DNA of 64,000 nt from Candidatus Hydrogenedentota bacterium (GCA_034408725.1 JAWXCN010000035.1:1002-65001), one strand, 5' to 3'; counted from the first letter of the stretch, positions 1 through 10,401 are shown. Notes: generated by a model not told the origin, from the letters alone. Numbers and translations are program-made.

Positions 1-46
1 TCATTTGATACTCCAAGTCATGGTATCGATCGCGTCGCTTCTTTTC

Positions 47-2512
47 TCAATGATTAAACAAAAACTCTTTTCCCGACAGCACGGCCCATGTCACATCCTC
101 GAGCGCCAGCCGCCGCTCGGCCTTAGCCGCGTCGCCTTCCTTGGGAACCGTGGCAAGCACCGCAAGCGCCTTCTCGCGCTCTTCTGGTTTGGGTGGACGC
201 GACAGCGCGCGGAGATAGATGGCATCCAGCGCGCCGGTATCGCTGACGTTGTCGTTAATCATTTGTGTAAGAAAGCAGCGTTCGTCGCTGAGCTTTTTGT
301 TCAGCGTATCACCGTTCGCGACGTGCAGTGTCTGTGCAATGCTCGAATCCTGTGCGCGCTCGCAAGAACACGTCAGGTTGCGCTGCGGCCTACCAAACGC
401 GGTCAGGAAATACGAACCCACCTGCGAATCCGGCAGTTGTAATGCGCGAAACCCTCCGGGATACCCATCGAACTGCGTCGGCACGCCCGAGACCTGCGAA
501 TACGCGTCCAGTATCACTTCCGCGCTCATTCTGCGCACGATGTATTGCGAATAGTACCGGTTGTCCGGCATCGCGGGATCAGACGCCTCCGATGACCGCT
601 GGTAGGCCGCGGATTCCATGATTACGCGCATAAGATGTTTGAGGTCGTACTGGTGATCAGCAAGGTCTTCGGCCAGCGCGTCGAGCAGCGGCTCGTTCGT
701 CGCGGGATTCGTCAGTCGTAAATCGTCTTCCGGCTCCACCAGACCACGGCCCATGAAATTCCGCCAAACCCGGTTCGCAATCGCGCGCGTGAAATACGGG
801 TTCTCCGGCGAAGTCAGCCACGCTGCAAGGTCCACGCGGCGGTCCGCCGCGCTTGCAATGTCCAACGGCGCTCCATCCAACGGCCGGGGCGCGACGGGTT
901 CGCCAATCCGCGGATGCAAAATATCGCCAAACGTGTCCACAATCACGTCGGTATCGTTCCCACGCCGCCCGTTCTTGTATTTCACGCGGGAAAAAAGGTT
1001 TGCCATCCCGTAATAATCGTCCTGCGTCCATTTCTCGAGTGGATGGTTGTGGCACCTCGCACAGGTGATCGAAAATCCGAGAAACGCCTGGGACGTCGTT
1101 TCCGTCACATCCACCGTTTCCTTATGCATCGCCAGGAAATTCGCGGCCCCGTTCTCGATTGTGCTGCCATTCGCGGTCAGCAGCGCCGTCGTAAACTCGT
1201 TCCACGGTTTGTTCGCCGCGACGCTCTCGCGAATGAACCGATAGAATGAATTCAGTTCCTCGCGCCGGGGAATGTTCTTCGACGAGAGCAGCAGCAGGTC
1301 CGACCATTTATACGACCAATAATCGACAAATTCCGGCTTCTCCAACAACGCGGCAATCAGCGCCTTGCGTTTGTCCGGTGTGGCATCGCCGACAAACGCC
1401 GAGACCGCTTCGGGCACGGGCAAAACACCCGTCGCGTCCAGCGTTGCGCGACGGATAAACTCCGCGTCGTCGCACAGCTTGCCCGGCGCAATTTGCAGAT
1501 TCTTCAACTGCCGCGCAACAAGTTCGTCAATGTAATTGTGCGATTCGGCTTTCGCGAATCGTTCGGGTGCAACAGGTGTCTCGCGCGGAACAAGAATGTG
1601 GACTGTCGAAACCTTGCTCGAGTACCACACGGTGATGGCCGCGGCGCCGGGCCCCGTGACGGTGATCTTGCCATTGTCGTCCACCACGGCCACCGCGTCG
1701 TTCGTCGTGTCGAACTTCACCCACCGTGTCACGTCTTCGTAGGCGCCTGTATTGTAATGCGCGCGCACCACCACTTGCTGTTCCGCGCCGGGCCGTAAGG
1801 CAACCGCATTTGGCATCGGTTCAACGCGCTGTATGATCGGATCGTCCTCGCGCATCACCGGCGCGCCCGCGCGAATCCACTCGGTAAGGATGCGATACTG
1901 CTCGCTGTCTTTCGTGAACCGCTCCCCGCCGCCATGAGGGATCGACAACGACGCCTTCTGAAGGATCAAGCTTTCTTCAGGCTCGGACAAAGACATGCGC
2001 CGGCCATTCGCCTGGCGCGTGAGCATTTTGTAGTCCCAATCGTGATCGTACCCCCGCAACGACAGCTTGAAACCATTCTTGCCCGCCGCCGCGCCATGGC
2101 ATGCGCCCGTGTTGCACCCCGCCTTAAACAATAACGGTTGCACATGATTGCGAAAGCTGCGAACGAACGGCGCATCCGCGCCGGTGACTGTTACTTTTGC
2201 TTCGATTGTTTTTCCGTTTACCGCCGCCGTGATGGTCGCGTCGCCATTGCCTTTCGCGCGCACGATTCCGCTGGCGTCAATCTCTGCGATAGCCGGATTC
2301 GACGAAACAAATGTGGATGTTGACGTCAGATCGCCGATGTGCCGCGCGCCGTCAATTTGCTCCACCACGATTGCATGCGTCGCGCCCGCGTGGGTAAGGG
2401 CAATCGTATTCGGGAGCATCGCAAATTCTTTTGGAGCCGTCTGTGCGTGCGCGCCCCACGCAAATATAAATGCGAGGATTCCGGCAATCGTCGAGCTACG
2501 TCTGGCCTTCAT
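47..2512 (-). CDS. DUF1549/DUF1553 (PSD1/PSCyt2) domain protein with Ig-like domains
   Basis: Signal peptide; GCNTGACHG and CARCHNHP motifs; NPYFTRAIANRVW; ends with typical ...GKEFLFNH. Confidence 0.92.
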   Translation of the reverse strand: MKARRSSTIAGILAFIFAWGAHAQTAPKEFAMLPNTIALTHAGATHAIVVEQIDGARHIGDLTSTSTFVSSNPAIAEIDASGIVRAKGNGDATITAAVNGKTIEAKVTVTGADAPFVRSFRNHVQPLLFKAGCNTGACHGAAAGKNGFKLSLRGYDHDWDYKMLTRQANGRRMSLSEPEESLILQKASLSIPHGGGERFTKDSEQYRILTEWIRAGAPVMREDDPIIQRVEPMPNAVALRPGAEQQVVVRAHYNTGAYEDVTRWVKFDTTNDAVAVVDDNGKITVTGPGAAAITVWYSSKVSTVHILVPRETPVAPERFAKAESHNYIDELVARQLKNLQIAPGKLCDDAEFIRRATLDATGVLPVPEAVSAFVGDATPDKRKALIAALLEKPEFVDYWSYKWSDLLLLSSKNIPRREELNSFYRFIRESVAANKPWNEFTTALLTANGSTIENGAANFLAMHKETVDVTETTSQAFLGFSITCARCHNHPLEKWTQDDYYGMANLFSRVKYKNGRRGNDTDVIVDTFGDILHPRIGEPVAPRPLDGAPLDIASAADRRVDLAAWLTSPENPYFTRAIANRVWRNFMGRGLVEPEDDLRLTNPATNEPLLDALAEDLADHQYDLKHLMRVIMESAAYQRSSEASDPAMPDNRYYSQYIVRRMSAEVILDAYSQVSGVPTQFDGYPGGFRALQLPDSQVGSYFLTAFGRPQRNLTCSCERAQDSSIAQTLHVANGDTLNKKLSDERCFLTQMINDNVSDTGALDAIYLRALSRPPKPEEREKALAVLATVPKEGDAAKAERRLALEDVTWAVLSGKEFLFNH

Positions 2513-2769
2513 GAATTCATCCTGTTTCTGCGCCGTCTAAACACAGTTTCCCCAAATACTCCAAGCGAAAGAAGCACGGAACAGAATGCGAGCCCTGCAA
2601 TGTTTTCGAGTAGGGTGTAGCCCAATGGAACAAGAAACAATGTGCTTACAAGCCATAACGCGTAGCCCCACGTCGATTTAGATATCCGCTCACCGAGGAG
2701 TGTGGCAGCTAGGCAGGTTAGGAGGACCGAAATCTGCGCGACGATGGAAATTGTGAAGGACGCCTCCAT
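2509..2769 (-). CDS. Small membrane protein (~86 aa, about 3 TM helices)
   Basis: Hydrophobic ORF; start ATG at 2769 overlaps upstream stop (TAATG); stop overlaps next start (ATGA). Confidence 0.6.
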   Translation of the reverse strand: MEASFTISIVAQISVLLTCLAATLLGERISKSTWGYALWLVSTLFLVPLGYTLLENIAGLAFCSVLLSLGVFGETVFRRRRNRMNS

Positions 2770-2960
2770 TACTTTGATTCCACTTCGCGTTTGGACAAGT
2801 TGCGCCACCACTTCGCAAATGGATGTTCGGCGCGCGCTATTTCTTCCTCATTTCTAATGCGAATTTCCTCTGGCGTGGAATTTTTGCTCACCTCTGTGAT
2901 TCGGGCCTGCGCGGCGCGCTTGAATTCAATACAATCGAATTTCTTCTTCAACTTATTCAT
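2769..2960 (-). CDS. Small putative antitoxin-like partner of the PIN protein
   Basis: 63 aa, KKFDCIEFKR start, overlaps the end of the PIN gene. Confidence 0.65.
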   Translation of the reverse strand: MNKLKKKFDCIEFKRAAQARITEVSKNSTPEEIRIRNEEEIARAEHPFAKWWRNLSKREVESK

Positions 2961-3438
2961 TTTCTTTTTGACCTCCCTCGACCTGCGGTATCACCTCGGA
3001 GGGCGTTCGAATGTCTATCGTACGGTATCCATTGCGAATATTAACGGCGTTGAAACCACGAATCTTTTCGATATGCACAAGATGTTTGAAATTCCAGCTT
3101 ATGACCATATCTGAATCGTAGACAGTTGCTACGGCCACGTGGAGAGCATCTTGGAAATGCGCTTCTCCTACGACTCCGGCCGCAAGGTACTGATCCCGTA
3201 ACGCGCCAGCCTCGTCGTTAGACCCTACTTGCTCGTAACAAGGAGCCGGTAAGTCTTCCAGTACGGCTAGAACTTCATTGGGTGCGTCTTTTAACTCGGA
3301 ATACAAAACGCTTGATAACAACAAAAATAATTCTCCGTTCTTTGCCATCTCGAAAAACGCACGGCTATCGCCTGAAAACTCTTCGTCACAACACCCGCCA
3401 ACAACGGACGTGTCAACGTATACTCGAAGGGGCCTCAT
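2953..3438 (-). CDS. PIN-domain (VapC-like) ribonuclease
   Basis: VYVDTSVVGG, DALHVAVA, ISWNFKHLV motifs. Confidence 0.9.
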   Translation of the reverse strand: MRPLRVYVDTSVVGGCCDEEFSGDSRAFFEMAKNGELFLLLSSVLYSELKDAPNEVLAVLEDLPAPCYEQVGSNDEAGALRDQYLAAGVVGEAHFQDALHVAVATVYDSDMVISWNFKHLVHIEKIRGFNAVNIRNGYRTIDIRTPSEVIPQVEGGQKENE

Positions 3439-3446
3439 TCAATTGG

Positions 3447-4820
3447 TTAAACCAATTCCATAATCGGTTTCACGCCAAAATCGACCACCGGAATTGGGCG
3501 GCCGCCAGGGCTATCCAATTCGGTTTCCAGATCAATGCCCAACCGGTCGTACACTGTCGCTATCACTTCCGCCGGCGTCACGGGCCGCTCGACCGGGTAC
3601 GCGCCAATGTCGTCAGTCTTACCGACGACGCGTCCGCCCTGGATGCCGCCGCCCGCCATGAGGATTGACCAAACCTGCGGCCAATGGTCGCGTCCTCCCG
3701 CGGGATTGATTTTCGGCGTGCGCCCAAACTCGCCCATCGCGACGATGAGCGTGTTGTCCAGCATGCCGCGCTGTTTCAGGTCCTCGAGCAGCGTACCAAG
3801 TCCCTTGTCCAGCATCGGGCCAACGAGATCGCTGTAGCATTCGATCGGACTAAACGGCGCCGACCCGTGAATGTCCCACGTGATTTCGTTAAACACGGTT
3901 TCAAACATGTTAATCGTGCAGAACCGCACCCCACGCTCGATCAACCTGCGCGACAGCAGACAGCTTTGGCCAAACTTGTTGTGACCGTAAGCTTCGCGCA
4001 ACGCCGCCGACTCCGTCGATAGGTCAAACGCCTCCCGCGCCGCGGTTGAAGACATCAGCGTGTACGCCTGCTGGAAATTCTCGTCCAGTAACCGCGCATC
4101 CGGGTTCGCTTCCAGTTGTTTTACCGATTGATCGACGATTTCCCGCAAGCTCCGGCGGCGTTCGATGCGCGACGCCGAAATATAATCCGGCGGCAACAGG
4201 TCCGGCACTTTGAAATCAGCCTTGTCCGGTTCGGCGTTGAGAATGAAAGGATCATGCGATTTGCCGAGGTAACCCGCGTTTTGCCCGTGCGGCATGTTGC
4301 CGCCCGTCGGTCCGATGGGCCGAGGCATCAACACGTGCGCGGGCATTCCATTGCGCCCGCCTTTCATGTATCCCAGCACGCAGCCCGCGTGCGGATGCTC
4401 CATCCCATTCTGAAACAACCGGCCCGTCTGCATCATCTGATGTCCGGTGTCGTGAACCCCCGCGGCCTTGTGGTGCAGCGTGCGGATGATGGAAAATTTG
4501 TCGCCGTGCTTCGCGAGGTTGGGAAAGATTTCCGAAATCTGTATGTCAGAGCTCGTTGTGCGGATGGGCTTGTACGGCCCGCGGATTTCCGAGGGAGCGT
4601 CCGGTTTCATGTCGAAAGTATCAAGCTGGCTCGGTCCACCCACCAAAAAAAGGAAAATGCAGTTCACATCCTTCTTTGGGTCAACCGCGCCCGCTGCCTG
4701 CAAGCCCATGAAACCCGGCAGCGTCAGTCCCATGGTAGCCAAGGCGCCCGCATGTAAAAAATCCCGCCGGCTCAGCCCATCGCAAAAGTGGACCGCCTTT
4801 TCCGCATCGATCCGATACAT
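3447..4820 (-). CDS. DUF1501 domain protein
   Basis: SRRDFL Tat-like motif, GGPSQLDTFDMKP, MGEFGRTPKIN..GGRDHW; start moved to ATG 4820 after a GAGGGG RBS. Confidence 0.93.
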   Translation of the reverse strand: MYRIDAEKAVHFCDGLSRRDFLHAGALATMGLTLPGFMGLQAAGAVDPKKDVNCIFLFLVGGPSQLDTFDMKPDAPSEIRGPYKPIRTTSSDIQISEIFPNLAKHGDKFSIIRTLHHKAAGVHDTGHQMMQTGRLFQNGMEHPHAGCVLGYMKGGRNGMPAHVLMPRPIGPTGGNMPHGQNAGYLGKSHDPFILNAEPDKADFKVPDLLPPDYISASRIERRRSLREIVDQSVKQLEANPDARLLDENFQQAYTLMSSTAAREAFDLSTESAALREAYGHNKFGQSCLLSRRLIERGVRFCTINMFETVFNEITWDIHGSAPFSPIECYSDLVGPMLDKGLGTLLEDLKQRGMLDNTLIVAMGEFGRTPKINPAGGRDHWPQVWSILMAGGGIQGGRVVGKTDDIGAYPVERPVTPAEVIATVYDRLGIDLETELDSPGGRPIPVVDFGVKPIMELV

Positions 4821-4945
4821 GGCATGCCCCTCGTTCGTTGCATCATTCGCCCATGGGTGCCAAACACGGCACTTCACCTTGTCATTATAGGCGAATATGG
4901 AGGGAAGGGCAACCGGAAAATCGTAAACCGAGTCCACCCAATGCT

Positions 4946-5998
4946 TTAGCGTTTCTTTCGGGCAACGGGTCGCTTGCGGCGCGAAACCTCCTTCGGGATT
5001 CCCGCCAACTGGCGGGAAAACCCGGTCGCGGCAGCCGCCAACGAATCCACCCAGGGATAGAGGTCAATTGGTCCGTGAATGCGCTCGGCATCCATCCAGG
5101 CAACGGTCCTTCGCACGCCGTCTTCCCACGCCAGCAAGTCCGCGAAATCAGGCACGTCCGCTTTCAATGCGTCATTCGTATACGCGGCATGGTGCTGGAA
5201 AATCTCAGTCAGCATTCCAGTCGAGGTCTTCGGCGCGCCCGCCACAATCTGATCCGTCGTCATCGGCACGACCTGTGCTTCGTGCCCAATCGCCCGCGCC
5301 ATGCGCTCGATGAACGCGCGCCAGGTCATCACCTCGTCACCGGTGATGTTGTAGGTCTTGCCAATCGTGACACCACGCCCCAGCGCACCGACAAATCCCT
5401 TGGCCATGTCGCCGATGTAGCCGGGTTGCCAGAGACCATTGCCATCTCCAGGCACGAGAATTGGTTGGCGTTTGCGAATGCGCGCGACGAGAGATGCGTT
5501 GTAGCCCCAAATATCCAGCAGAGGAGCACCCGGGCCGTAGCAGTGAGAGGGACGCATGATCGTGATGGGGAAGTTTTGATCACGAAAGGCCTTCGTATAG
5601 ACGGCTTCGGCCTTCGATTTGTTGCGGCCATAATCCGAGACCGGCCGGTGCGGCTCGAATTCGCCGGCGGGCACTTTGGCTAGCGGCCCGCCATAAACGC
5701 AGACCGTACTGCAAAAGATGAAGTGATCGATCTTGTCGCGAAATACCCGCGCATTGTGCGCCGCGGTTTTCGCGTCGAAGGTGATCATGTCGATTACCGC
5801 GTCAAACCGCTGGTGTTTCATCGCTGACGCGAACCCGCGAAAATCCGCGCGATCACCCTGAATCTGTTCGAGGTCGTACTCGAAGCGGTGCGGCGAAATC
5901 CCCCGGTTGAACAGCACCGGCGTATGTTTCTTCGCAATCAGCCATTCAACGATCGCCGTGCTGATGAGACCCGTCCCGCCCAGGATCAACACGCGCAT
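4946..5998 (-). CDS. NAD-dependent epimerase/dehydratase family protein
   Basis: GGTGLIS Rossmann motif; YGRNK (YxxxK). Confidence 0.9.
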   Translation of the reverse strand: MRVLILGGTGLISTAIVEWLIAKKHTPVLFNRGISPHRFEYDLEQIQGDRADFRGFASAMKHQRFDAVIDMITFDAKTAAHNARVFRDKIDHFIFCSTVCVYGGPLAKVPAGEFEPHRPVSDYGRNKSKAEAVYTKAFRDQNFPITIMRPSHCYGPGAPLLDIWGYNASLVARIRKRQPILVPGDGNGLWQPGYIGDMAKGFVGALGRGVTIGKTYNITGDEVMTWRAFIERMARAIGHEAQVVPMTTDQIVAGAPKTSTGMLTEIFQHHAAYTNDALKADVPDFADLLAWEDGVRRTVAWMDAERIHGPIDLYPWVDSLAAAATGFSRQLAGIPKEVSRRKRPVARKKR

Positions 5999-6070
5999 GA
6001 ATAAAGCTCCCGTTTTTTCCGCGTAGATCCCATAGGTCGTATAAGTCCTATAGGTCCCAGATTCTTTTCG

Positions 6071-6520
6071 TCACCCATTCAACAGCTTCACCACATCCTC
6101 CGCCGACCCACTTCCTCCCAAGGCATTGCGGAACCCTGGCTCCTTCATCGCCGTCATGACTTGCGCCAGCAACCCAAGGTACTGCTTCTGCGATCCCGTC
6201 GGCATCGCGAACAGGATCACGATATGCACTGGCTTATTATCGAGCGTGCTGAAATCAATCCCGTCATGCGAAATGCCGACACCCACGGTCGGCTCGGTCA
6301 CCGCATCGATGCGCACGTGGGGAATCGCCACACCCGAACCGATCCCTGTGCTCATTACGTTCTCGCGATCATGTAACGCGCGGGCAAACGCCACGCGGTC
6401 CGACACGACCCCCGTCGAGCCAATTGCATCAATTAGCTGCTCGAGCGCATCGTGTTTCGCAATACCCGGTGAAAATATGCGGACGGCTGCTTTTTCGATG
6501 TGCAGACCGAAATGTTTCAT
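6071..6520 (-). CDS. PTS IIA domain protein (fructose/Ntr family)
   Basis: RENVMSTGIGSGVAIPH phosphorylation motif; start MKHFG at 6520 with GGAGG RBS; the longer ORF call is an upstream extension. Confidence 0.9.
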   Translation of the reverse strand: MKHFGLHIEKAAVRIFSPGIAKHDALEQLIDAIGSTGVVSDRVAFARALHDRENVMSTGIGSGVAIPHVRIDAVTEPTVGVGISHDGIDFSTLDNKPVHIVILFAMPTGSQKQYLGLLAQVMTAMKEPGFRNALGGSGSAEDVVKLLNG

Positions 6521-6585
6521 TACTTGCCTCCTGGGAAATGCCAGCGGGTTCTCGCAGCCCTCTTTTCCGGCAAACATCGCCGATG

Positions 6586-6762
6586 CAAAAAAGGCGTGCG
6601 AACATACACCGCGTACTGTGGGTCCGGTCCATACGCCCGGTTTGGGACAGCCGATTGCTGCGCGCGGAGAATACAAATGCCGTTTGGTGTGGCGTTTGAA
6701 CTCATCGATCCAAAAGCCCTGCCAAAAGGCATTTCTGCGGAATCTCCGCCACCGGCGCAAAC
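6586..6762 (-). ncRNA. Candidate structured leader/small RNA upstream of the PTS IIA gene
   Basis: 86-nt imperfect hairpin (6664-6749) plus hairpin 6593-6637 followed by U6; G-U pairs fit the minus strand; promoter directly upstream. Confidence 0.45.
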
Positions 6763-6767
6763 GCAGT

Positions 6768-6796
6768 ATTCTACCCGCCATATCAACGGTATGCAA
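6768..6796 (-). promoter_or_regulatory. Sigma70-like promoter
   Basis: TTGCAT-N17-TAGAAT on the minus strand. Confidence 0.55.
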
Positions 6797-6927
6797 CGCG
6801 CCCATGCAAACGCTCTCGTGCGAATGCTCCAAATACTCCGAGTTACTTGCTCCCCGATCTTGCGTCTCCTCGGAGCGCGGGTTTTCCAACCCGCAATCTA
6901 TTGATAAAAAATCAATGTTCGGTCCAC

Positions 6928-7569
6928 TTACTCCGGGCGCGGTCTCCGCGGTCGCACGGCCACTGCGTACAGCGCGGGAACGCATGCGACAACCACAATT
7001 GCCAGAATACCAAGTCCAAAATTCTCGCGGACGATGGGCAAGTGTCCAAACATATAGCCAACCATCGTGCAGAGCACGGCCCACCCGGTTCCGCCCAAAA
7101 CGCTGTATCGCGCGAACTGGCCGAAGTTCATGCACGACGCACCCGCGACAAAAGGCGCAATCGACCGGACAATTGGGATAAATCGCGTAACGACCAGCGC
7201 CTTCTTCGGGTTGCGCTGAAAATACGCTTTCGTGCGTTCAAGGTTTGCCGGATTGAGGAGCGGAATCTTGCGTCCCTCTGCCACGGCGAACCGGAATTGC
7301 CGGCCAATTCCGTACCCCATCAGGTTGCCCAACACCGCTGCAATTGCGAATCCGATGAGCAGCGTCGGCAAGTGCAGCGCGTCAAGCGCCGCCAGCGCGC
7401 CCGCGGCGAATAAGAGTGTCTCACCCGGCAAAAACGGAAACACAACAAGTCCAACTTCGCAAGTCAGCAACACGAACAGGATGGCGTGCGTCCATCCCCC
7501 GTGCGCATCAACCAGCGCAAGGATATGCTGATCGAGTTGATCGAAGAAGTTGAAAAATATCGAAAACAT
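6928..7569 (-). CDS. DedA/VTT family membrane protein
   Basis: FPFLPGETLLFAAG, TRFIPIVRSIAPFVAGA; start MFSIFF at 7569. Confidence 0.9.
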   Translation of the reverse strand: MFSIFFNFFDQLDQHILALVDAHGGWTHAILFVLLTCEVGLVVFPFLPGETLLFAAGALAALDALHLPTLLIGFAIAAVLGNLMGYGIGRQFRFAVAEGRKIPLLNPANLERTKAYFQRNPKKALVVTRFIPIVRSIAPFVAGASCMNFGQFARYSVLGGTGWAVLCTMVGYMFGHLPIVRENFGLGILAIVVVACVPALYAVAVRPRRPRPE

Positions 7570-7671
7570 GGTGCGATCCCGGCGTGTTGTAATCAAGGAT
7601 CGTAACAACTCGGGCCGGACACCGCAATCAAGCGAAATCGCGATCACTCAGCCGACAGTAACTTGAAAGGC

Positions 7672-8745
7672 TCACTCCGTATACACCCGCTTCATCGCCG
7701 CCATCTTTCCTTCATCGAGTGCGACACTCGGCAGCGTGAACATCAGCACGCCGCTGCTCTTTCCACTCAGGCCGTAGCGCAACACCTGCTCCAGTTCCTC
7801 CGGTTCGATGCGCGGTTCGTCGTGCGCTTGCACGATGGGCCATAGCCGCGGATACTCACCCGGCGCTGTCTTTACCGTGTATCGATTGCCGAAGTATTCC
7901 ACATACTCTTTCACCGACTCCGGCGACCGGCCCATGCGCCCGTGATAAATCATCGGGGAGAACGCGTCCACATGTGCAGCCAGCGCGTCGAAATCCAGGC
8001 CGAGACATCGCCGCAACACGCCGCCGAGGTCTTCCGCGCGCCATGAACATTGGAAGTTGCCGATCAACGCGTTCGGCCGCGCTTCCTTCACAATCGCGCG
8101 AATCTCTCTTGCCCAATCGACGATGATCGACACACGCCAGTCTTCCCATTGCTTCGCCGCATTGTGAAAAATCCATTGCGCCTTTGCCTCGGTCGTGTCT
8201 CCCAATACCTTGACGTTTGCCGATGCCTCGAAAGCGGCGATGCAGGAATCGTTGAAACAGGTTTTGATAAACACCGGATACGGGTCCTCAAATTGCGCGT
8301 GCCAATGCAGATAGTCCATCCACACGCCGTCAATGTCGTGTGTCTTCACGAGCGCGCGCAGTTCATCCATGCGGAATTGCCGAAAGCCCGCGTGCGTCGG
8401 GCACACGCCCATGAACCACGTCGCTGCCCGCGCGGGATTTCCCGTGTCGTCGATCGGATGCGCATCGGGATGTTTATCAACGTACTCTCCGACTTTGCCA
8501 TTCAACGTGGCAAACTCGGCGAACACCTTGCATCCTTCCGCGCGTGCGCGATGGATTGTCGCCTCATCGATACCGCCACTGTGAATGAACACGGCATTCA
8601 ATCCGTATTCATTCAGCTTTGCGCCGGTATCCCAGAATCCTTTCGGATGCGAATAGCCGCCATGCACAATGTCGGGTATGCCTGCATCACCCATGACCTG
8701 CAATGCCACGCAGCACATTGTGTAAACAAAGATTAAATTCCGCAC
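7672..8745 (-). CDS. Secreted glycoside-hydrolase-like (GHL10-like TIM barrel) protein
   Basis: Signal peptide; DGVWMDYLHW, SPMIYH. Confidence 0.65.
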   Translation of the reverse strand: MRNLIFVYTMCCVALQVMGDAGIPDIVHGGYSHPKGFWDTGAKLNEYGLNAVFIHSGGIDEATIHRARAEGCKVFAEFATLNGKVGEYVDKHPDAHPIDDTGNPARAATWFMGVCPTHAGFRQFRMDELRALVKTHDIDGVWMDYLHWHAQFEDPYPVFIKTCFNDSCIAAFEASANVKVLGDTTEAKAQWIFHNAAKQWEDWRVSIIVDWAREIRAIVKEARPNALIGNFQCSWRAEDLGGVLRRCLGLDFDALAAHVDAFSPMIYHGRMGRSPESVKEYVEYFGNRYTVKTAPGEYPRLWPIVQAHDEPRIEPEELEQVLRYGLSGKSSGVLMFTLPSVALDEGKMAAMKRVYTE

Positions 8746-8895
8746 CGCACTCCTTCTCCTCTGAATTGGAAGAACGTTTTACCAGAAAGACACGAAGTAG
8801 AAACTACTTTTAATTCTCTTTGGAATTTCTTCGTGTTCTTCGTGCCTTCGTGGTGCATAATCTTTCGACACTCAGCTCCAAGGGGATTCAAAGGC

Positions 8896-10401
8896 ATGAT
8901 CACTATTCTCGCACTTTCTTGCATAGCGTTGGCGGCGGATAACCCCATCCTTATTTTCAACGAGGATGACAGCCACTTCTTTGGTTCGCGCAAAGCGGAG
9001 GACATGACTATTGAAGGTCTGCACGCCTTCGTGGATCAGTATGCCGGAACCAAGATAACGCATCTCTTTCTCAATCCCAATGCCATGCGCGCGAGTTTCG
9101 CGTCCAGCACACGCGAACCCATCTGGGACCTCGGCAAGCAGATAATTCCGGACAACGAATTCGCCAAAGCCTGGATCGACAACGCGAAACTCCTGTACGA
9201 GCGCGGCCTTGATCCGTACGCCATCTGGATCGCCCGCTCCCGGGAAAAAGGTATTTCCCCGTGGATTTCGATGCGCATGAACGACGTACACGAAGTCTCC
9301 GATACCACCAGCTATCTGCACAGCACGTTTTGGCGCGACAACCCGCAATTTTGGCGGGTGCCGAATGAGGAAAAACGCGGCTGGCAGGATCGCGCGCTCG
9401 ACTTCGCCCACCCGGAAGTGCGCGAACACGCCATGGCGTTTGTGCGCGAACTGCTCGAACGCTACGACATGGACGGCCTCGAACTCGACTGGATGCGCTT
9501 CGGCTACCACTTCGCCCCGGGCAAGGAACGCGAGGGCGTGGAGATTCTCAACCAGTTCACCCGCGAAGTACGCGCGCTCACCCGCGAATGGAGGGAGAAA
9601 CGCGGTCATCCCATTCAACTCGCCGCCCGCGTGCCCGCGCACCCCGACGCCGCGGTCGGACTGGGCATGGACGGCGTCACCTGGGCGCGTGAAGGCTTGA
9701 TCGATCTGTTGATTCCAACACCATTCTGGGCGTCCGCTGATTTCGACATCCCCGTCGAGCTATGGAAGGAACGCCTCGGTGATGCTACCGCAAAAGTAAA
9801 AGTTGCTCCGGGACTGGAAATCCTGCTTGGTGCATACCCCGGCGCAAAACAAATTACCAATGACCTCGCGTCCGTGCGTGGGTTTGCTTCTGGCGCATGG
9901 GCGCGCGGGGCAGACGCGATATATCTCTTCAACTTCCTGGATCCCGCCCCTATGGTTGACGGCATGGGCGCGTATCGCGAGTTGCTGGAGAAAGGCCTCG
10001 ACGCGGAGCTGGTGAAAAACTCGCCGCGCCGGTACGTCGTCACTTACCGAGACACCGTGCCCGCGGGAGTTTCCAACAACGCGCAACTGCCCGCGGACGT
10101 CGAGAACAAACCCACGCTACGTATCTACACCGGACCGGCAAACGAAGGCGCTTCCGCCGACCTGGTCTTGGGCCTCGTTGCCGATACAGCCGGTATCAAG
10201 GTCACTGTCGGCGGTCAGCCGTGTGCGTTTGCCGGTATTGAGCCGGCCCCTGCGAACATCGCCGGCGCAACCCACATCGCGCGATATGCCATGCCTGCTA
10301 AACCCGAATCAGCGGGCTACCTGATCTTTCTGCTCCAACCGGAAAAAGAAGGGGCGACTTTGCGTGCTGTCTGGGCTGAACTCCAGGTTCGAGAAAAGTA
10401 G
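8896..10401 (+). CDS. Secreted glycoside-hydrolase-like (GHL10-like) protein
   Basis: Signal peptide from ATG 8896; SMRMND, LDFAHPEVR, DGLELDWMR. Confidence 0.7.
   Translation: MITILALSCIALAADNPILIFNEDDSHFFGSRKAEDMTIEGLHAFVDQYAGTKITHLFLNPNAMRASFASSTREPIWDLGKQIIPDNEFAKAWIDNAKLLYERGLDPYAIWIARSREKGISPWISMRMNDVHEVSDTTSYLHSTFWRDNPQFWRVPNEEKRGWQDRALDFAHPEVREHAMAFVRELLERYDMDGLELDWMRFGYHFAPGKEREGVEILNQFTREVRALTREWREKRGHPIQLAARVPAHPDAAVGLGMDGVTWAREGLIDLLIPTPFWASADFDIPVELWKERLGDATAKVKVAPGLEILLGAYPGAKQITNDLASVRGFASGAWARGADAIYLFNFLDPAPMVDGMGAYRELLEKGLDAELVKNSPRRYVVTYRDTVPAGVSNNAQLPADVENKPTLRIYTGPANEGASADLVLGLVADTAGIKVTVGGQPCAFAGIEPAPANIAGATHIARYAMPAKPESAGYLIFLLQPEKEGATLRAVWAELQVREK

Noticed and set aside
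6024-6060. CCCATAGGTCGTATAAGTCCTATAGGTCCCA micro-repeat (related inverse at ~22503-22525)
   Set aside because: Short intergenic repeat of a common type; too small to assign a function
6126-7181. Long + strand ORF and the 6071-7135 extension of the PTS IIA gene
   Set aside because: Antisense or overlapping shadows of the PTS IIA and DedA genes; no recognisable motifs
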